Shown piece by piece: positions 1 through 12,809 of a stretch of DNA of 64,000 nt. Location of the stretch: NCBI RefSeq assembly GCF_006345805.1, contig NC_043000.1:136338001-136402000 (forward strand), in the 5' to 3' direction. Within the stretch, counting starts at the first letter, position 1. Every line of letters starts with the position of its first letter. The notes under the pieces are model-generated. The model ran no database searches, had not been told where the DNA came from, and saw only the letters and a list, made by a program, of their open reading frames with translations. Origin of the DNA: Octopus sinensis (lineage: Eukaryota). Both the position numbers and the translations under genes were made by a program.

Positions 1-480
1 TGTATGCATGTTTGTATGTATGTATATATATGTATGTATGTATGAATGTTTGTATGTATGTATATATGTATGTATGGATGAATATATGAATGTATGTGTG
101 TATGCATGTATGTATACATGTGTGTATGCATGTATGTATGTATATATGTACGTATATTTGTATGTACGTATGTATATATGCATGCATGAATGCTTGTACA
201 TATGTATGCATGTATGTATGTATATATATGTATGTATGTATGCATGTATGTATGTGTGTATGTATGTATATGTATGTATGTATGAATGTTTGTATGTATG
301 TATGCATGTTTGTATATGTGTATATATGCATGGATGGATGACTGTATAAATGTATGTGTGTATGCATGTATGTATGCATATATATATGTGTGTGTATGCA
401 TGTATGTATGTATGTATGTATGTATGTATGTATGTATATTTGTATGTGCATTTGTACGTATATACGTATGTATATATGCA
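1..480. repeat. Compound (TATG)n/(TA)n/(TG)n microsatellite
   Basis: Continuous TATG/TA/TG units; overlapping ORFs are only M/Y/V/C/I repeats. Confidence 0.95.
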
Positions 481-1171
481 TTTCTGTCATGGTATTAAAG
501 CAGTCGTCTCTCTTGCACACTACATCTGATTTCTCCTTTACACAGTTTTCCTCTTAACTTGTCTGTGCCTTGCCATTAATTCACTCTAATGTTAAAGTGG
601 GGCATGCTTACTTCAATTCTCTCCAATCTTGTCTTAACACATCTCTCTATTCAATGCTCATATTTCACTGCCATACAATGCTGCACTTTGAGCACAATAA
701 TATGTACATACATGCATGCATCCAACCATCCGGTCATCCATCTGTACAAACATACATACATACAAATGCATATATGTGAAAGTGTGAGTGTTACCTGTTG
801 GTCTGGGGGGGTTCGGCTCACAACAGTATTGTCATGGGTTCAATTCCTGAATCAAGCAGCATGTTGCATCTTTGAGTAAAGCATTGCATATTTGCTTCAG
901 TCTACTCAGCTGTAGGTGTGCACCATTCAAGTGCTGGTGCAATAGTCTCTCTGGTTCCAGTTATCACATCCTGGGACAAATGCAGGATCAAATGGTAGAA
1001 GAGCTGAGGGAGTTTCTATGTGTGATAACATAGGTACCTAAAATTAGTGAAAGGATGCTACATGCTTCCCAAGTCATACATTTTTGTGATCAATACTTCA
1101 CATTCTCTCTTTCTTTTTCTCTGTGTATATATATATGTGTGTGTGTGTGTGTGTATGTATTTATAAATGCA

Positions 1172-1532
1172 GGAGTGGATTTGTGGTGCATGTGCCAGTG
1201 GCACATGGAAAACAACATTCGAGTGTGATTGTTGCCAGTGTTGCCAGACTGGCTCCCGTGCAGGTAGCACGCAAAAACACCTTTTGATCATGAGCATGGT
1301 TGTTGCTAGAACCACCTGACTCGCCCATGTGCTGGTGGCATGTAAAAGGAATCCACTATACTCTCAGAGTGGTTGGCATTAGGAAGGGCATCCAGCTGTA
1401 GAAACTTGCCAGACCAGATTGAGCCTGGTGTAGCCTCTGGCTCACCAGTCCTCAGTCAAACCGTCCAACCCATGCCAGCATGGAAAGCAGACGTTAAACG
1501 ATAATGATGATGCCGATGATGATGATGATGAT
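1172..1532 (+). mobile_element. SINE-like retroposon (family D), with AGGAAGGGCATCC motif and (GAT)n tail
   Basis: GGTTGGCATTAGGAAGGGCATCCAGCTGTAGAAAC...CCAACCCATGCCAGCATGGAAAGCAGACGTTAAACGAT followed by a GAT tail; reverse-orientation relative at 3893-4200. Confidence 0.75.
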
Positions 1533-1643
1533 GTATGTATGTATGTATATATTATAAACAAAAAGAATTACTGGAGTTGATTCATTTGACTAAAAGTTCA
1601 AGGCATGGCCACAGTCTAATGTCTGAAAATAATACAAGATAAA

Positions 1644-1644
<1 letters not shown>

Positions 1645-1687
<43 letters not shown>

Positions 1688-1688
1688 G

Positions 1689-1723
<35 letters not shown>

Positions 1724-1755
1724 TATATGTATCTATATATACATATATATATATG

Positions 1756-1803
<48 letters not shown>

Positions 1804-1837
1804 CATAAATATAAATGTATATATATGTGTGTGTATA

Positions 1838-1880
<43 letters not shown>

Positions 1881-1893
1881 TATATATATATAT

Positions 1894-1932
<39 letters not shown>

Positions 1933-1935
1933 TAG
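1645..1935. repeat. (TA)n/(TG)n/(TAGA)n microsatellite
   Basis: Direct reading of the sequence. Confidence 0.95.
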
Positions 1936-2244
1936 TTTTACATGTACATACACACAAAAGGAAATAAAGCAAGGAATCCGAAGAAACAGAAAAATAAAAA
2001 CAAGTTGATGAGTTACTATTATTTGTCAAATTAGTTCATCAGAAGGATTTCTGACTAGTTTTTGGCCCTGAGCACTGTCTAGAACAATAAATAATGGCTA
2101 CAACGTCATTGGTTGTTAGATAGAAGCAAACAAGCCACCAAAACACAACGACCAATACCGGCAACACCCTCCATACAAACAATAAACTACACTGACAACC
2201 ATCAAATTGAACAAACATCAAAACCAGACATTATTAGTAAACAA

Positions 2245-3200
2245 TCTTGATGACAATGACGAAAATGGGGCTGGTGCTGATGCTGATGATGATGATGATG
2301 ATGATGAAGATAATGATGGTGATTGTGGAGGTTGTGGTTGTTGTTGTGGTGGTAATGGTGGTGGTGGTGGTGATATTGGTGGTGTTGGTGGTGGCCATAG
2401 TGGTTTTGATGATGATGATGATGATGATTGTGGAAGTTGTGGTGGTGGTGGTATTGGTGGTGTTGGTGGTGGTAGTGATGGTGGTGGTGGTGGTGGTGGC
2501 TATAGTGGTTTTGATGAGGATGATGATGATGATGATGATGATGATGGTGATTGTGGAGGTTGTGGTGGTTGCAGTGGTGGTGGTGGTGGTTGCGGTGGTG
2601 GTGGTTGTTGTTGTGGTGGTGGTGGTTGCGGTGGTGGTGGTTGTTGTTGTGGTGGTGGTGGTGATATTGGTGGTGTTGGCGGTGGCCATAGTGGTTTTGA
2701 TGATGATGATGATGATGATTGTGGAAGTTGTGGTGGTTGCGGTGGTGGTGGTGGTGGTATTGGTGGTGTTGGTGGTGGTAGTGATGGTGGTGGTGGTGGT
2801 GGCCATAGTGGTTTTGATGAGGATGATGATGATGATGATGATGATTGTGGAGGTTGTTGTGGTTGCGGAGGTGGTGGTGGCGGTGGCGGTGGCCATAGTG
2901 GTTTTGATGATGATGATGATGATGAATGTGGAGGTTGTGGTGGTCGCAGTAGCAGTGATGGTGGTGGTGGCCATAGTGGTTTTGATGATGATGATGAGGA
3001 GGAGGAGTAAGATGAAGAATTACATTGCCCATACGAAGTGAGTTATGTACATAATAATAATAATAATGATTCCCATAATTTCTGATAACAATCATGGCAG
3101 TGGTTTACAGTATTGGTCATGATGTTTGTGAGGATGCTGATGATGATGATGATGATGGCCGGGGTGACTATGATGATGGGAATGGTGGTGGTGGTGGGGA
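2245..3200. repeat. Compound GGT/GAT trinucleotide array with higher-order periodicity
   Basis: ATAGTGGTTTTGAT module recurs 6 times (~2396, 2502, 2688, 2806, 2896, 2973) between GGT and GAT runs. Confidence 0.9.
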
Positions 3201-3469
3201 TTATGAATGAACAGTAGTGTGCTATATGAAGAATTTGAACTGGGGAAGGAAGAAAAGTGAAGACAAGGCAAATGGTAGGCTTGTCTGTGTTACACTCATT
3301 TGTTTCTTAGGCAAACATAATCTTCATCATTATCACTGTTATTATTGGACATAATATTAATAATGACTAATGGGTAGGATTTCGGAAGAGTCTTGTGATT
3401 GTATAGAGTGTGTGTGGGCAATGGCAGTATTGGTGCCGGTGTAATCTATCATGTGTATTGTTGGAATTA

Positions 3470-3529
3470 TACATCAACATCATCATCATCATTGCCATCC
3501 TCCTCCTCCTCCTCCTCTTCATCATCATC

Positions 3530-3560
<31 letters not shown>

Positions 3561-3859
3561 CCATCGTCGTCATCATCATCGCCATCATCATCGTCATCAT
3601 CATCGCCATCATCATCGTCATCATCATCATCATCATCATCATCGTCACCATCATCGACATCATCGTCATTATCATCATCATCATCGCCATCATCATCGTC
3701 ATCATCATCATCATCATCATCGTCATCATCGTCATCATCATCATCATCATCATCGTCATCATCGTCATTATCATCATCATCATCATCGTCATCATCGTCA
3801 TTATCATCATCATCATCATCGCCATCATCATCATCATCATCGTCATCATCGTCATTATT

Positions 3860-3891
<32 letters not shown>

Positions 3892-3892
3892 T
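3470..3892. repeat. (CAT)n/(CGT) array, probably the expanded tail of the adjacent minus-strand SINE
   Basis: Abuts TTTAACGTCCGTTTTCCATG, the reverse complement of the family D 3' end. Confidence 0.85.
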
Positions 3893-4200
3893 TAACGTCC
3901 GTTTTCCATGTTGGTATGGGTTGGACAGTTTGACAGGAGCTGGTCGGCCAGAGAGCTGTCCCTGCTCAAATTTGTCTGTTATGGCATGGTTTCTGTGGCT
4001 GGAAACCCTCCCCAATGCCAACCACTTCACAGTGTGCTGGATGCTTGTTACTTGGTACTGACACGAGTGTTTTTACATGGCACCAGCATGGGTGCTCTTT
4101 ATGTGGTGCCAGCACAAGTGCACTTCAGGTGGTGCTAATGAGACTACTCTTAACATGTAGTCAGCATGAGTGCTTTTTACATGACACAGAGAATTTGCAA
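3893..4200 (-). mobile_element. SINE-like retroposon (family D), diverged
   Basis: Reverse-complement similarity to 1370-1500 (CCATG.TGG.ATGGGTTGGAC, CCCT.CC.AATGCCAACCACT). Confidence 0.7.
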
Positions 4201-4424
4201 GACAAAAACTTCTCAGCTGACACAGAAAGAGAGAGAGAGAATGGGAGGCATGGCCTTAAAGGACCTACCTGTATGTATGGATAGCCACAATTTTATTTCA
4301 TTGGAGTAAAACAATGGCCATCCATATATACATATATTTATATATGTGTATGTGTGAATGTATTGTAAATATATATATATTTGATCTTTTACATATATAT
4401 ATACATGTATTTATATACATAACG

Positions 4425-4600
4425 GGAAGCTTTATGAAAATAGACAAAAGACGAAGGCAGGTGGAAAACAAACGAACAATTGTATTAGTATGGCGCTCAG
4501 GAAATATAAATAAAACAAGTCTTTAACGTTTCGAGCCTACGCTCTTCAACAGAAAGATACACAGAGAGAAAAAAAACACAGAAAGAAGGAGAGAAAAAAA
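4425..4600 (-). mobile_element. Penelope-like terminal fragment with a hammerhead-like motif
   Basis: Minus strand of 4520-4557 reads TCTTT-CTGTTGA-A-GAGC-GTAG-GCTC-GAA-ACGT-T-AAAGA; sister copy at ~62100-62230; flanked by TA/CA repeats. Confidence 0.6.
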
Positions 4601-4890
4601 AAGGAAAGAAAAAAAAAGGATACACACACACACACATACACACACACATGTATATATCTATATATATATATATTTGATCCTTTGCATACATATACATATA
4701 TTTATATACATATATACATATTTGCTCCTTTACATATAAATTCATGTATTTAAATACATACATACATACATACATATATATATGTGTGTGTGTGTATGTA
4801 TGTATTTGCCAGGTGGTGCTATTAAGCTAGACATAGATTGGGCCAATACTGGCTGAAACCTATCAAAGTATGTATATATATATATATATA

Positions 4891-5160
4891 TTATATTAAA
4901 TTAGAGACAAAACCACTATTAGGCAAATCAACAAAACAGGCAGGAAACGATCGTAGTGGATATTAATTATATTTTTAATAATTGTTACATATTTAAATAA
5001 TATAAATTAATCATATGTATTGGCTTAAGTCTTTCATTGTTTGATTTGCCTAATAGTGGTTTTGTCTCTAATTTAATATAATATAATATTTTACTATAAA
5101 ATTGGATTCAATCCTAAATCTGATTTTTCCCTGTAAGTTTGGATTTATTCCCTAATATTT
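4891..5160 (+). mobile_element. Miniature Penelope-like element with inverted arms and a 3' tail extension
   Basis: Perfect inverted match 4899-4931 / 5041-5073; ends and ~80-bp tail (ACTATAAAATTGGATT...TTATTCCCTAATATT) are shared with the element at 16386-21247; sits in (TA)n. Confidence 0.8.
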
Positions 5161-6014
5161 ATTATATATATATATATTTGATCCTTTACATATATACATG
5201 TATTTATATATAATGAGTGTTTATGAGGCGTTCATTTCATTTTAAAATTTGTTCCTATGTCTACTTTAATTTTATTATTGAGGGTGTGCTTATTTAAATA
5301 TAATTTATTATTTAAAATGTATGAAATATATATATATATATATATATATATATCTACACATCTACATATATCTATATTCGATCCTTTACATATAGATATG
5401 TACTTATGTGTGTGTACGTGTGTGTGTATTTGATCCTTTTCATATATATGCATGTATGCGTAAAAAGGCCCTTCTGGAGCCATAGACTCATAAAGACTTT
5501 TCCCCAGATTCTGGGAAACAGAATATTATATGAGATGCTTCCTCTTGGTGCTTAACAAATCTCTTGTTAGCTCTACTGCTGTTACAGCACCAAAATCCTT
5601 CCATACACTATGACTTACTTTTAACCTAGTGAACTGAACCATTTTACTATTAAGCATCTTTTCCTTAAAAAGAATTTGTTGCTAATGACAGGATATGAGC
5701 TTCTGGTCTCTTAACTAGTTTATTGCATTAATTAATTAGATGTTATATCTCACTTAAAAATATATGCTTTTGTGAAACAATATTGACTTTAATGATAATT
5801 TCTTACATAAGGCATTAAGTTAGAGAGTTTGACGGAGAGAAATAATCAATTAAGTTGACTCTAGTACATGACTGATACTTTATTTTATCGATCTGAAAAG
5901 AATGAAGGCGAAGATGAACTTGGTAAGACTTAAACTCAAAGCAACAACAGTAATAAAAATGATTTTTGTATTTTAACTGTGATTTTTTTAATGATTTATT
6001 GATAATTTTTTTTC

Positions 6015-6600
6015 TCTAGTTTCAGCTCAGAGCTGTGGCCATGGTGATGCACCGCCGTGATTAAAACTTAGATAAAACTTAGGTATGTTTCGACCAAAGA
6101 TTGGTCTAGGCCATGTCTAACTTAATAGCACCACCTGATAGGATTATCTAAATCCTGTTTAAGAAAAGTTTTGTTTATGGTCCATTCAAGTAGTGAATTC
6201 TTGTTGAGTGAGTTGTATCCAGATATGAGTGGCTTATCCCAAAATCCTTGAAGAAATCTGTCCAGACTCCATTTAAAGGTGATGGGATCCTTTTCTCTTT
6301 GATCTCTTTCGGTACAATGTTAAACAGGGTAGGGCCTGTTGGGGGAAAAGAAATTAAGTTGCAGTGTACCTATATGCTGTGATCCTGAATCGGGCAGGGG
6401 ACGTATGGCCCGTGGTGCCAGCCTTGGATGAACCTTGAAACTAATTCTAACATATAAATGGCCCAAACCCTTTTTGTGGTGGAAACAGCTGATTAACTTA
6501 AACAAAGTTCATGACTGGTTCTTAGATTATCCACACTGGAAGAACAAATGGTGAAGTTGCTTTTGACAGGATATTACCATGAAAAGTAAGACATGACTAA
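6015..6600 (-). mobile_element. CR1-group LINE, decayed 3' fragment
   Basis: Minus strand encodes GPTLFNIVPKEI..FKWSLDRFLQGFWDKP..NKNSLLEW, resembling the C-terminus of the 45618-47426 RT; 3' end GGCGGTGCA..CCATGGCCACAGCTCTGAGCTGAAACTAG matches that LINE's tail. Confidence 0.8.
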
Positions 6601-6690
6601 ACATTTATGCCCCAAAAGTGAATAGATATTTTAAATAATCAATAGAAGTCTTCTGTAATCTAACTGTCTAAGTCTATTTTTGTTTCCTAG

Positions 6691-6729
6691 GTTTTGATGC
6701 CTATTCTGATGTCTATACACTACAATTAG
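6691..6729 (+). CDS. Candidate 39-nt phase 1-1 exon of an unidentified host gene ((G)FDAYSDVYTLQL(G))
   Basis: Acceptor TTTTTGTTTCCTAG, donor AG|GTAAAT, one open frame; no recognised homology. Confidence 0.35.
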   Translation, partial: VLMPILMSIHYN

Positions 6730-6845
6730 GTAAATGTCACATAGTTTCTGCAAAAATTCATAAGAATTTATGCATTGTCAGTTAATATTTAATTTATTTT
6801 TAAAGTATTACAATAACTATTGTAAAGTATTACAATAACTGTTGT

Positions 6846-7147
6846 GGAGGCGCAAAGGCCCAGTGGTTAGGGCAGCGGACTCGCAGTTGCAGGATCACGG
6901 TTTCGATTCCCAGACCAGGCGTTGTGTGTGTTTACTGAGCGAAAACACCTAAAGCTCCACGAGGCTCCAGCAGGCGGTGTTGGCGATCCCTGCTGTAGTC
7001 TTTCGCCACAACTTTCTCTTACTCTTTCTTCTGTTGGCCTGCTCGCTTAGCCAGCGGGGTAGTGTCACTTGAAGCCTAAAACAATGCGAAGCACATTGTG
7101 ACTAGCGATGTGTAGCAGCATCTGATAGCCTGGTCAGTCACGTGATC
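6846..7147 (+). mobile_element. tRNA-derived SINE, family A head with tail type 1
   Basis: GGAGGCGCA.AGGCCCAGTGGTTAGGG (A-box-like) and GGTTTCGATTCCC (B-box-like); same tail as 63022-63302. Confidence 0.85.
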
Positions 7148-8376
7148 ACAATAACTATTAGTAAAGTTATTCTTTTCTTAAAGTGTTACAGTTCTTATAA
7201 TTAAATATCACCAAGCTTCTTTTATAATTCATGATGAATTAGTGCTTCATCAGAAAATTTTCTTTAATATTGTTAACTAATTATCATTTGAATATTGCCC
7301 TTTTAGCAGATCCACTAGTATTGCCTATATGCTGCCTTTGTGTCCATATAAGTTCATATTAGTTGAAGTGAAAATTAATGTTACTGACACTTCTGGTAGA
7401 ACTGAAAACGATATTGATGATGAGAGAATAATGATACAGCAGCAATATGGTTTCAATTAACTTTCCAATTAACTTCTAAAACCAAGCCAATTAACCCCTT
7501 GTAGCTCTGAATCGTGAAACCTGGTAAAAAGAGATTGCATCAGACCTTTGACATGTTTCATTTGTTTTTCAAATAGTATTACAAGTTCACCATTACAGTG
7601 TCATAATGTTTGAGTATCTTTTAGTGCTTTCTTTTATATATCTTATTTTTCGAGGAATATAGTCATAAATATATGCATAATGCAAAGCTGTTTCTCGCTT
7701 CTTCAAAACCTATCTAAATGTGTGAAATAAGATTCTGTTTTGTAGTATCTCATAAATATGACAACTCTGACTCCAGGTTTTAACACTGGGCTATATTTAT
7801 CACACATTTATGTAGGATAAAGAAAATTCATCTTTCTCGTATTTATTTTTCTGTAAGAACCAGTTCGCTACTACACATTTCTTTAATTATTTATTTAATC
7901 AGCAAATATTTAAAGTGAGTCTTTGGAATTAATTTTTCTGAGCTTAAGTTTAAGCTTTTATGGGTGTGAATATAGCTGATGAAAACTGACTGGGGAAATA
8001 CAAATGTAAGAAATTGTAGTTAACCTACAAAATTTAGAAGAATTTGTAATTGATATAGGAAATAAATTCAGAAATGAAAAATCAGTTTTGTATTGATTTA
8101 TTTCTTTCACATTCAATTTCTTTATTCCTTTGGGTTTTCAACATTATCAAAAGTAATTATTTCAAAATCTAACACTAACTAAATAGTCAAATATAAAATG
8201 AGCAAAATATTATTACATTTGTAAAATTAGACCACATGTTTTTAGTTGGACAACATATATATGGTTAAAACCATGCCAACTATTCGCCTTCAATATTTTT
8301 TGCACAGATAGACACAACCTCAACTAAACACCTACTTAATCATCACAATTTACTTTTCATATAACATGATTTTCAG

Positions 8377-8407
8377 GAGAGCGCTTACTTTATTTCAAAC
8401 ATAAATG
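8377..8407 (+). CDS. Candidate 31-nt exon, phase-compatible with 6691-6729
   Basis: Acceptor GATTTTCAG, donor G|GTATGT; joined reading DVYTLQLGERLLYFKHK. Confidence 0.3.
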
Positions 8408-9129
8408 GTATGTTAATCTTGAAAACATCCATAACAATAAATTTGTTACTCCAAACATAAATCCCACAACAATATCTGTCAAGTGAATACTCTGGCAAAG
8501 CTGCCCACTTAAGTGTCACCGAGGAAAATTCTAAATGGTTACTCAAGATGCTAGAAATAGCAGCAAGTACTGCCCAAACAGCTGTTGCTTATTTGGGGGT
8601 AGATATACTTTGGATAATGCAGTTTGGAGTTTACTATGACTAAAAACAAAGTTGGATTGATCATGGCTTGAATACCATTGGTCACAGTGTGGCTTAATCA
8701 GGACTGACTGGAAGCTAAACAACAGCCATTGATCAGAAGCATCTGGGTAGGCTGTTTTGTTACATTGACATATATTTTGGGACACTCTCTCTGACCTTCA
8801 CATCATCATCATATCTTTACTTAAGGTATAACATTCTAGCATGAATTAATTCTACTCTACAACACACTCTATAGTAAAGTTCAGTGATTAGACAATGGAT
8901 CACATAATGAAAAATTAAAAATCATACAACAACAATTTATTTTTTGTCTTCATGCTAATCTATTGCCTAGCAAAAGCAAGTTTCAATCCTACTTCAAAAG
9001 CTGAGCAGTTAGCTGTAGAAAGACCAATTTCAGCAAAGCAAATGTAAAAAAATAATGTAAATCATTAAATAAAATGAGTCTGGTATTAGCTGAGCTAAAT
9101 AATCCTTTACATTAGAGGCATAAGACTTG

Positions 9130-9300
9130 AAATTTAGGGTGAGGGAGATAGTTGATTACATGAACCCCAGTGCACAACTTGTACTAATTTCATCAACCTG
9201 GAAAGAATTAAAGAGAAGTCAACTTTGGTAGAATTTGAACTCAGAACACGGAGATGGACAAGATGCTTAGTAGCATTTTGTCAAGCATACTAATGGTTCC
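9130..9300 (-). mobile_element. SINE family C, heavily CpG-decayed
   Basis: Reverse complement of the TTCTGAGTTCAAATT...GACTT...CATCC...GTACCAGTT...CACTGGGG consensus seen at 56.5 kb. Confidence 0.6.
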
Positions 9301-9341
9301 ATCTTTAATAAGCTGAATAATGTGCCAAGTAGGACATCAGT

Positions 9342-10317
9342 GTACATTTTGACTTGTTATATAGGTTAATAGATATACAGGTACATTTTGACTTGTTACA
9401 TAGGTTAGTAGATATACAGGTACATTTTGACTTGTTACATAGGTTAGTAGATATATAGGTACATTTTGACTTGTTACATAGGTTAGTAGATATATAGGTA
9501 CATTTTGACTTGTTACATAGGTTAGTCGATATATATGTACCATTTTGACTTGTTACATAGGTTAGTAGATATATAGGTACATTTTGACTTGTTACATAGG
9601 TTAGTAGATATACAGGTACATTTTGACTTGGTACATAGGTTAGTAGATATATAGGTACATTTTGACTTGTTACATAGGTTAGTAGATATACAGGTACATT
9701 TTGACTTGTTACATAGGTTAGTAGATATATAGGTACATTTTGATTTGTTACATAGGTTAATAGATATATAGGTACATTTTGACTTGTTATATAGGTTAAT
9801 AGATATACAGGTACATTTTGACTTGTTACATAGGTTAGTAGATATACAGGTACATTTTGACTTGTTACATAGGTTAGTAGATATACAGGTACATTTTGAC
9901 TTGTTACATAGGTTAGTAGATATACAGGTACATTTTGACTTGTTATATAGGTTAGTAGATACATAGGTACATTTTGACTTGTTACATAGGTTAGTAGATA
10001 CATAGGTACATTTTGATTTGTTACATAGGTTAATAGATATACAGATACATTTTGACTTGTTATATAGGTTAAGAGATATATAGGTACATTTTGACTTGTT
10101 ACATAGGTTACTAGATATATAGGTACATTTTGACTTGGTACATAGGTTAGTAGATATACAGGTTCATTTTGACTTGGTACATAGGTTAATAGATATATAG
10201 GTACATTTTGACTTGTTACATAGGTTAGTAGATATATAGGTACATTTTGATTTGTTACATAGGTTAGTAGGTATATAGGTACATTTTGACTTGTTACATA
10301 GGTTAGTAGATATATAA
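9342..10317. repeat. 39-bp minisatellite, about 25 copies (GTACATTTTGACTTGTTACATAGGTTAGTAGATATAYAG)
   Basis: Direct tandem units with no unique spacers. Confidence 0.95.
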
Positions 10318-11329
10318 CTTGTCAATCACATGAATTTTGGTCGGTTTTGTTGAGTTCATTGACCTCCCTTAGATAAATAATTGCAAGTTTATCAGTCTTT
10401 CTCAATATTATTCAATCAAATGTGAAGATAAAATATGTTATTTGCATTGGCACCATAATCCCTCAAATAGAAGAGGCAGTGGTTGTTGTTTCAGCAGTAA
10501 GGTGAAGGTGATAAAGATGTTAGCAGTGATTCCATTGATTATAATATTTGCAACAAGAATAATTCCTTGTATTAGCCCAAGGCAATGCTTCAGTATAGCT
10601 TTAGTTATGATGGCAAACAGAAATGGAAGTACTGAAGGACAACTGTTACATTTATAGAAGATGAATATCATTGACTGAATTCTCTCTTCTCTCTTTGACA
10701 CCATTTTCTGTTTCCATAATGGATTGTCCACAGCAGATAGTATGTTGTGGATTCAACACAGGTCAATTTGTTTTTTCTTTTGTCCTTATCTGTGAAAAGG
10801 TCGGCAGCATTACAAAATCTAATTCTGCATATGGCTAAATCATTATTAATCTGTGAAATGCATGTTGTTTAGAAGCTCTGCCAATAATGATAAGACTATT
10901 AACCTGAGTTTTGTGATAGAAAAGAGTTGCCGGTTGTATATTTGATCTTCCAAAAGCTTGACTATTTGAAAGTTAATTAAATGAATCCTTCTATTTGTCT
11001 GATATTTATTCTATCTCTCACTTGGAATGGGGGTAAAAGTTCAATCTAACACTAATTATACTTAATCCAACGAAACATTCAGCCATGTCTTTACCATTTC
11101 TTCTAAGTCTTCCTTTCTCTCATAACATAACTGATAAATTCCTATCATTAGTGAATGATTTCTAATTTATGTAAGATAAAAAAAATATGACTGAAAATTG
11201 TTATCATTTTTAAAGCAATTAGAATGAATTTTAAATGAAATTGCTACAAGTAGGAGTAAAATCCAAGTAACAATCTTCTGAACTCAATTCATCTCTACAA
11301 CAGATTATAGTGTAATGTAATAATAATGT

Positions 11330-11546
11330 AGTTGTTGTTGTTGTTGATGTTAAGCAACGAGACGGGTGAGGGTGATTAGGTGATGGTCTAGGGCTTAGGG
11401 GTGGGAGACCCCAGACCTTGGAAAAAAAAAACTTTGGTCGTCTTGATGTAGTCAAGTGCTCTTCATTGACGCCCAACACCACTGGGAGGTGACCCTCAAA
11501 GTCGCTGGAAATGGAGAACTCCAGGTCCAAATTCTTGGACGGCATA
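11330..11546 (-). mobile_element. Probable non-LTR retrotransposon 3' remnant with a (CAA)n tail
   Basis: GC-richer island ending on the minus strand in GCTTAACATCAACAACAACAAC; clade not identifiable. Confidence 0.35.
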
Positions 11547-11744
11547 ATAATGTATGTACCTTTTGGATGCTGAAAAGCTTTTTGAGTAGCAGTGATTAAC
11601 AGTGCTAGTTTGATGGCTTTAATTGAATGAAAGATAAGTTTCTTAATGGCTAGGATACTGATAAATTTTAGATACTATTCATTCATGTTCTATTGATACA
11701 TCTTGGCAGCCAGGTGAACTGAAGTCACAAAGAAATTGTGTTCA

Positions 11745-11980
11745 GCAGCAAGCTGGCAGAAACGTTAGCATGCAGGGCGAAATGCCTAGCAGTATTTTGT
11801 CTGCTGTTACATTCTGAGTTCAAATTCCACCAAGGTTGACTTTGCCTTTCATCCTTTCGGGATCGATTAAATTAAGTACAAGTTACACACTGGGGTCGAT
11901 CTAATCGACTTAATCCCTTTGTCTGTCCTTGTTTGTTCCCTCTATGTTTAGCCCCTTGTGGGCAATAAAGAAATAAGAAA
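11745..11980 (+). mobile_element. SINE family C, CpG-decayed copy
   Basis: Colinear with 25795-26030 and 56497-56720. Confidence 0.85.
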
Positions 11981-12809
11981 TTGTGTTCAGCCTAGAAATA
12001 TGAGGGGTTGATTTAAAATCATTAACTGAAAGCAGGCTGCCTAATACGTTACTGGTTATTTTATCTCTTCTCACTACAGAACATTCTAGAGTATAATATT
12101 GACAGAGTTGATTATGATCTTAGAGCTGGAAAAATTGATAATTTGTTATTAATTAATAGTTGTTATTGTGTAGTCCCACATCGATCCTAATTTATCATTC
12201 TTATGACATGTAAAATGCCAAATGATGAGGTATGACTCACATACTCCTAGTCATGTTACATTTTATCTAATTGAGGATCATACAGCAACACTTCACTATA
12301 GAGAGATAAAAATCATATGTGGTGCAGTGTTACAATCTGGACATTTTGCATAGTTTAGTATCCTTTTGTATTTTTGGATACCAACAGATTGTGGTGGAGG
12401 TCACAACAGAGGTAGTCCAAAAGGACTCAACCAGGATGCAACACTTGGTATTCTCTGCACTTATTTTGCTGCTGTGCATACCACCACAGTGTTTGGTACC
12501 AGTGAGGCTATCAATATTGTTGTTATTTTATTTAGGCTGTGTAGGAGGACTTAGCATTTTTAGAATGCTATTATGGTAGTGCTCTGGGCTATTGAATAGT
12601 CTTTGGACATGGTTTATCCTGAAGTAGTTGAAACTGTGGGGAGTAAAAGTTACTGTGGCAACAATCTATACTCCAGGTCAGTTTATATATTTAGTATTTT
12701 GGTAGTTTGTGCATGTTATGATGTGAAGAATGCTATTTTGTGTAATTTTGATATAGTATTTTGATGGGCAGATACTGAACCTCAGGCAGAACTAACATTA
12801 AAAAAAACG

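Noticed and set aside
9342-10317. CRISPR-like appearance of the 39-bp array
   Set aside because: Units are contiguous with no unique spacers, there are no cas genes, and the context is eukaryotic.
10438-10731. Hydrophobic 97-aa minus-strand ORF
   Set aside because: No convincing splice sites or family match; it looks like decayed ACT/ACA-type low-complexity sequence.
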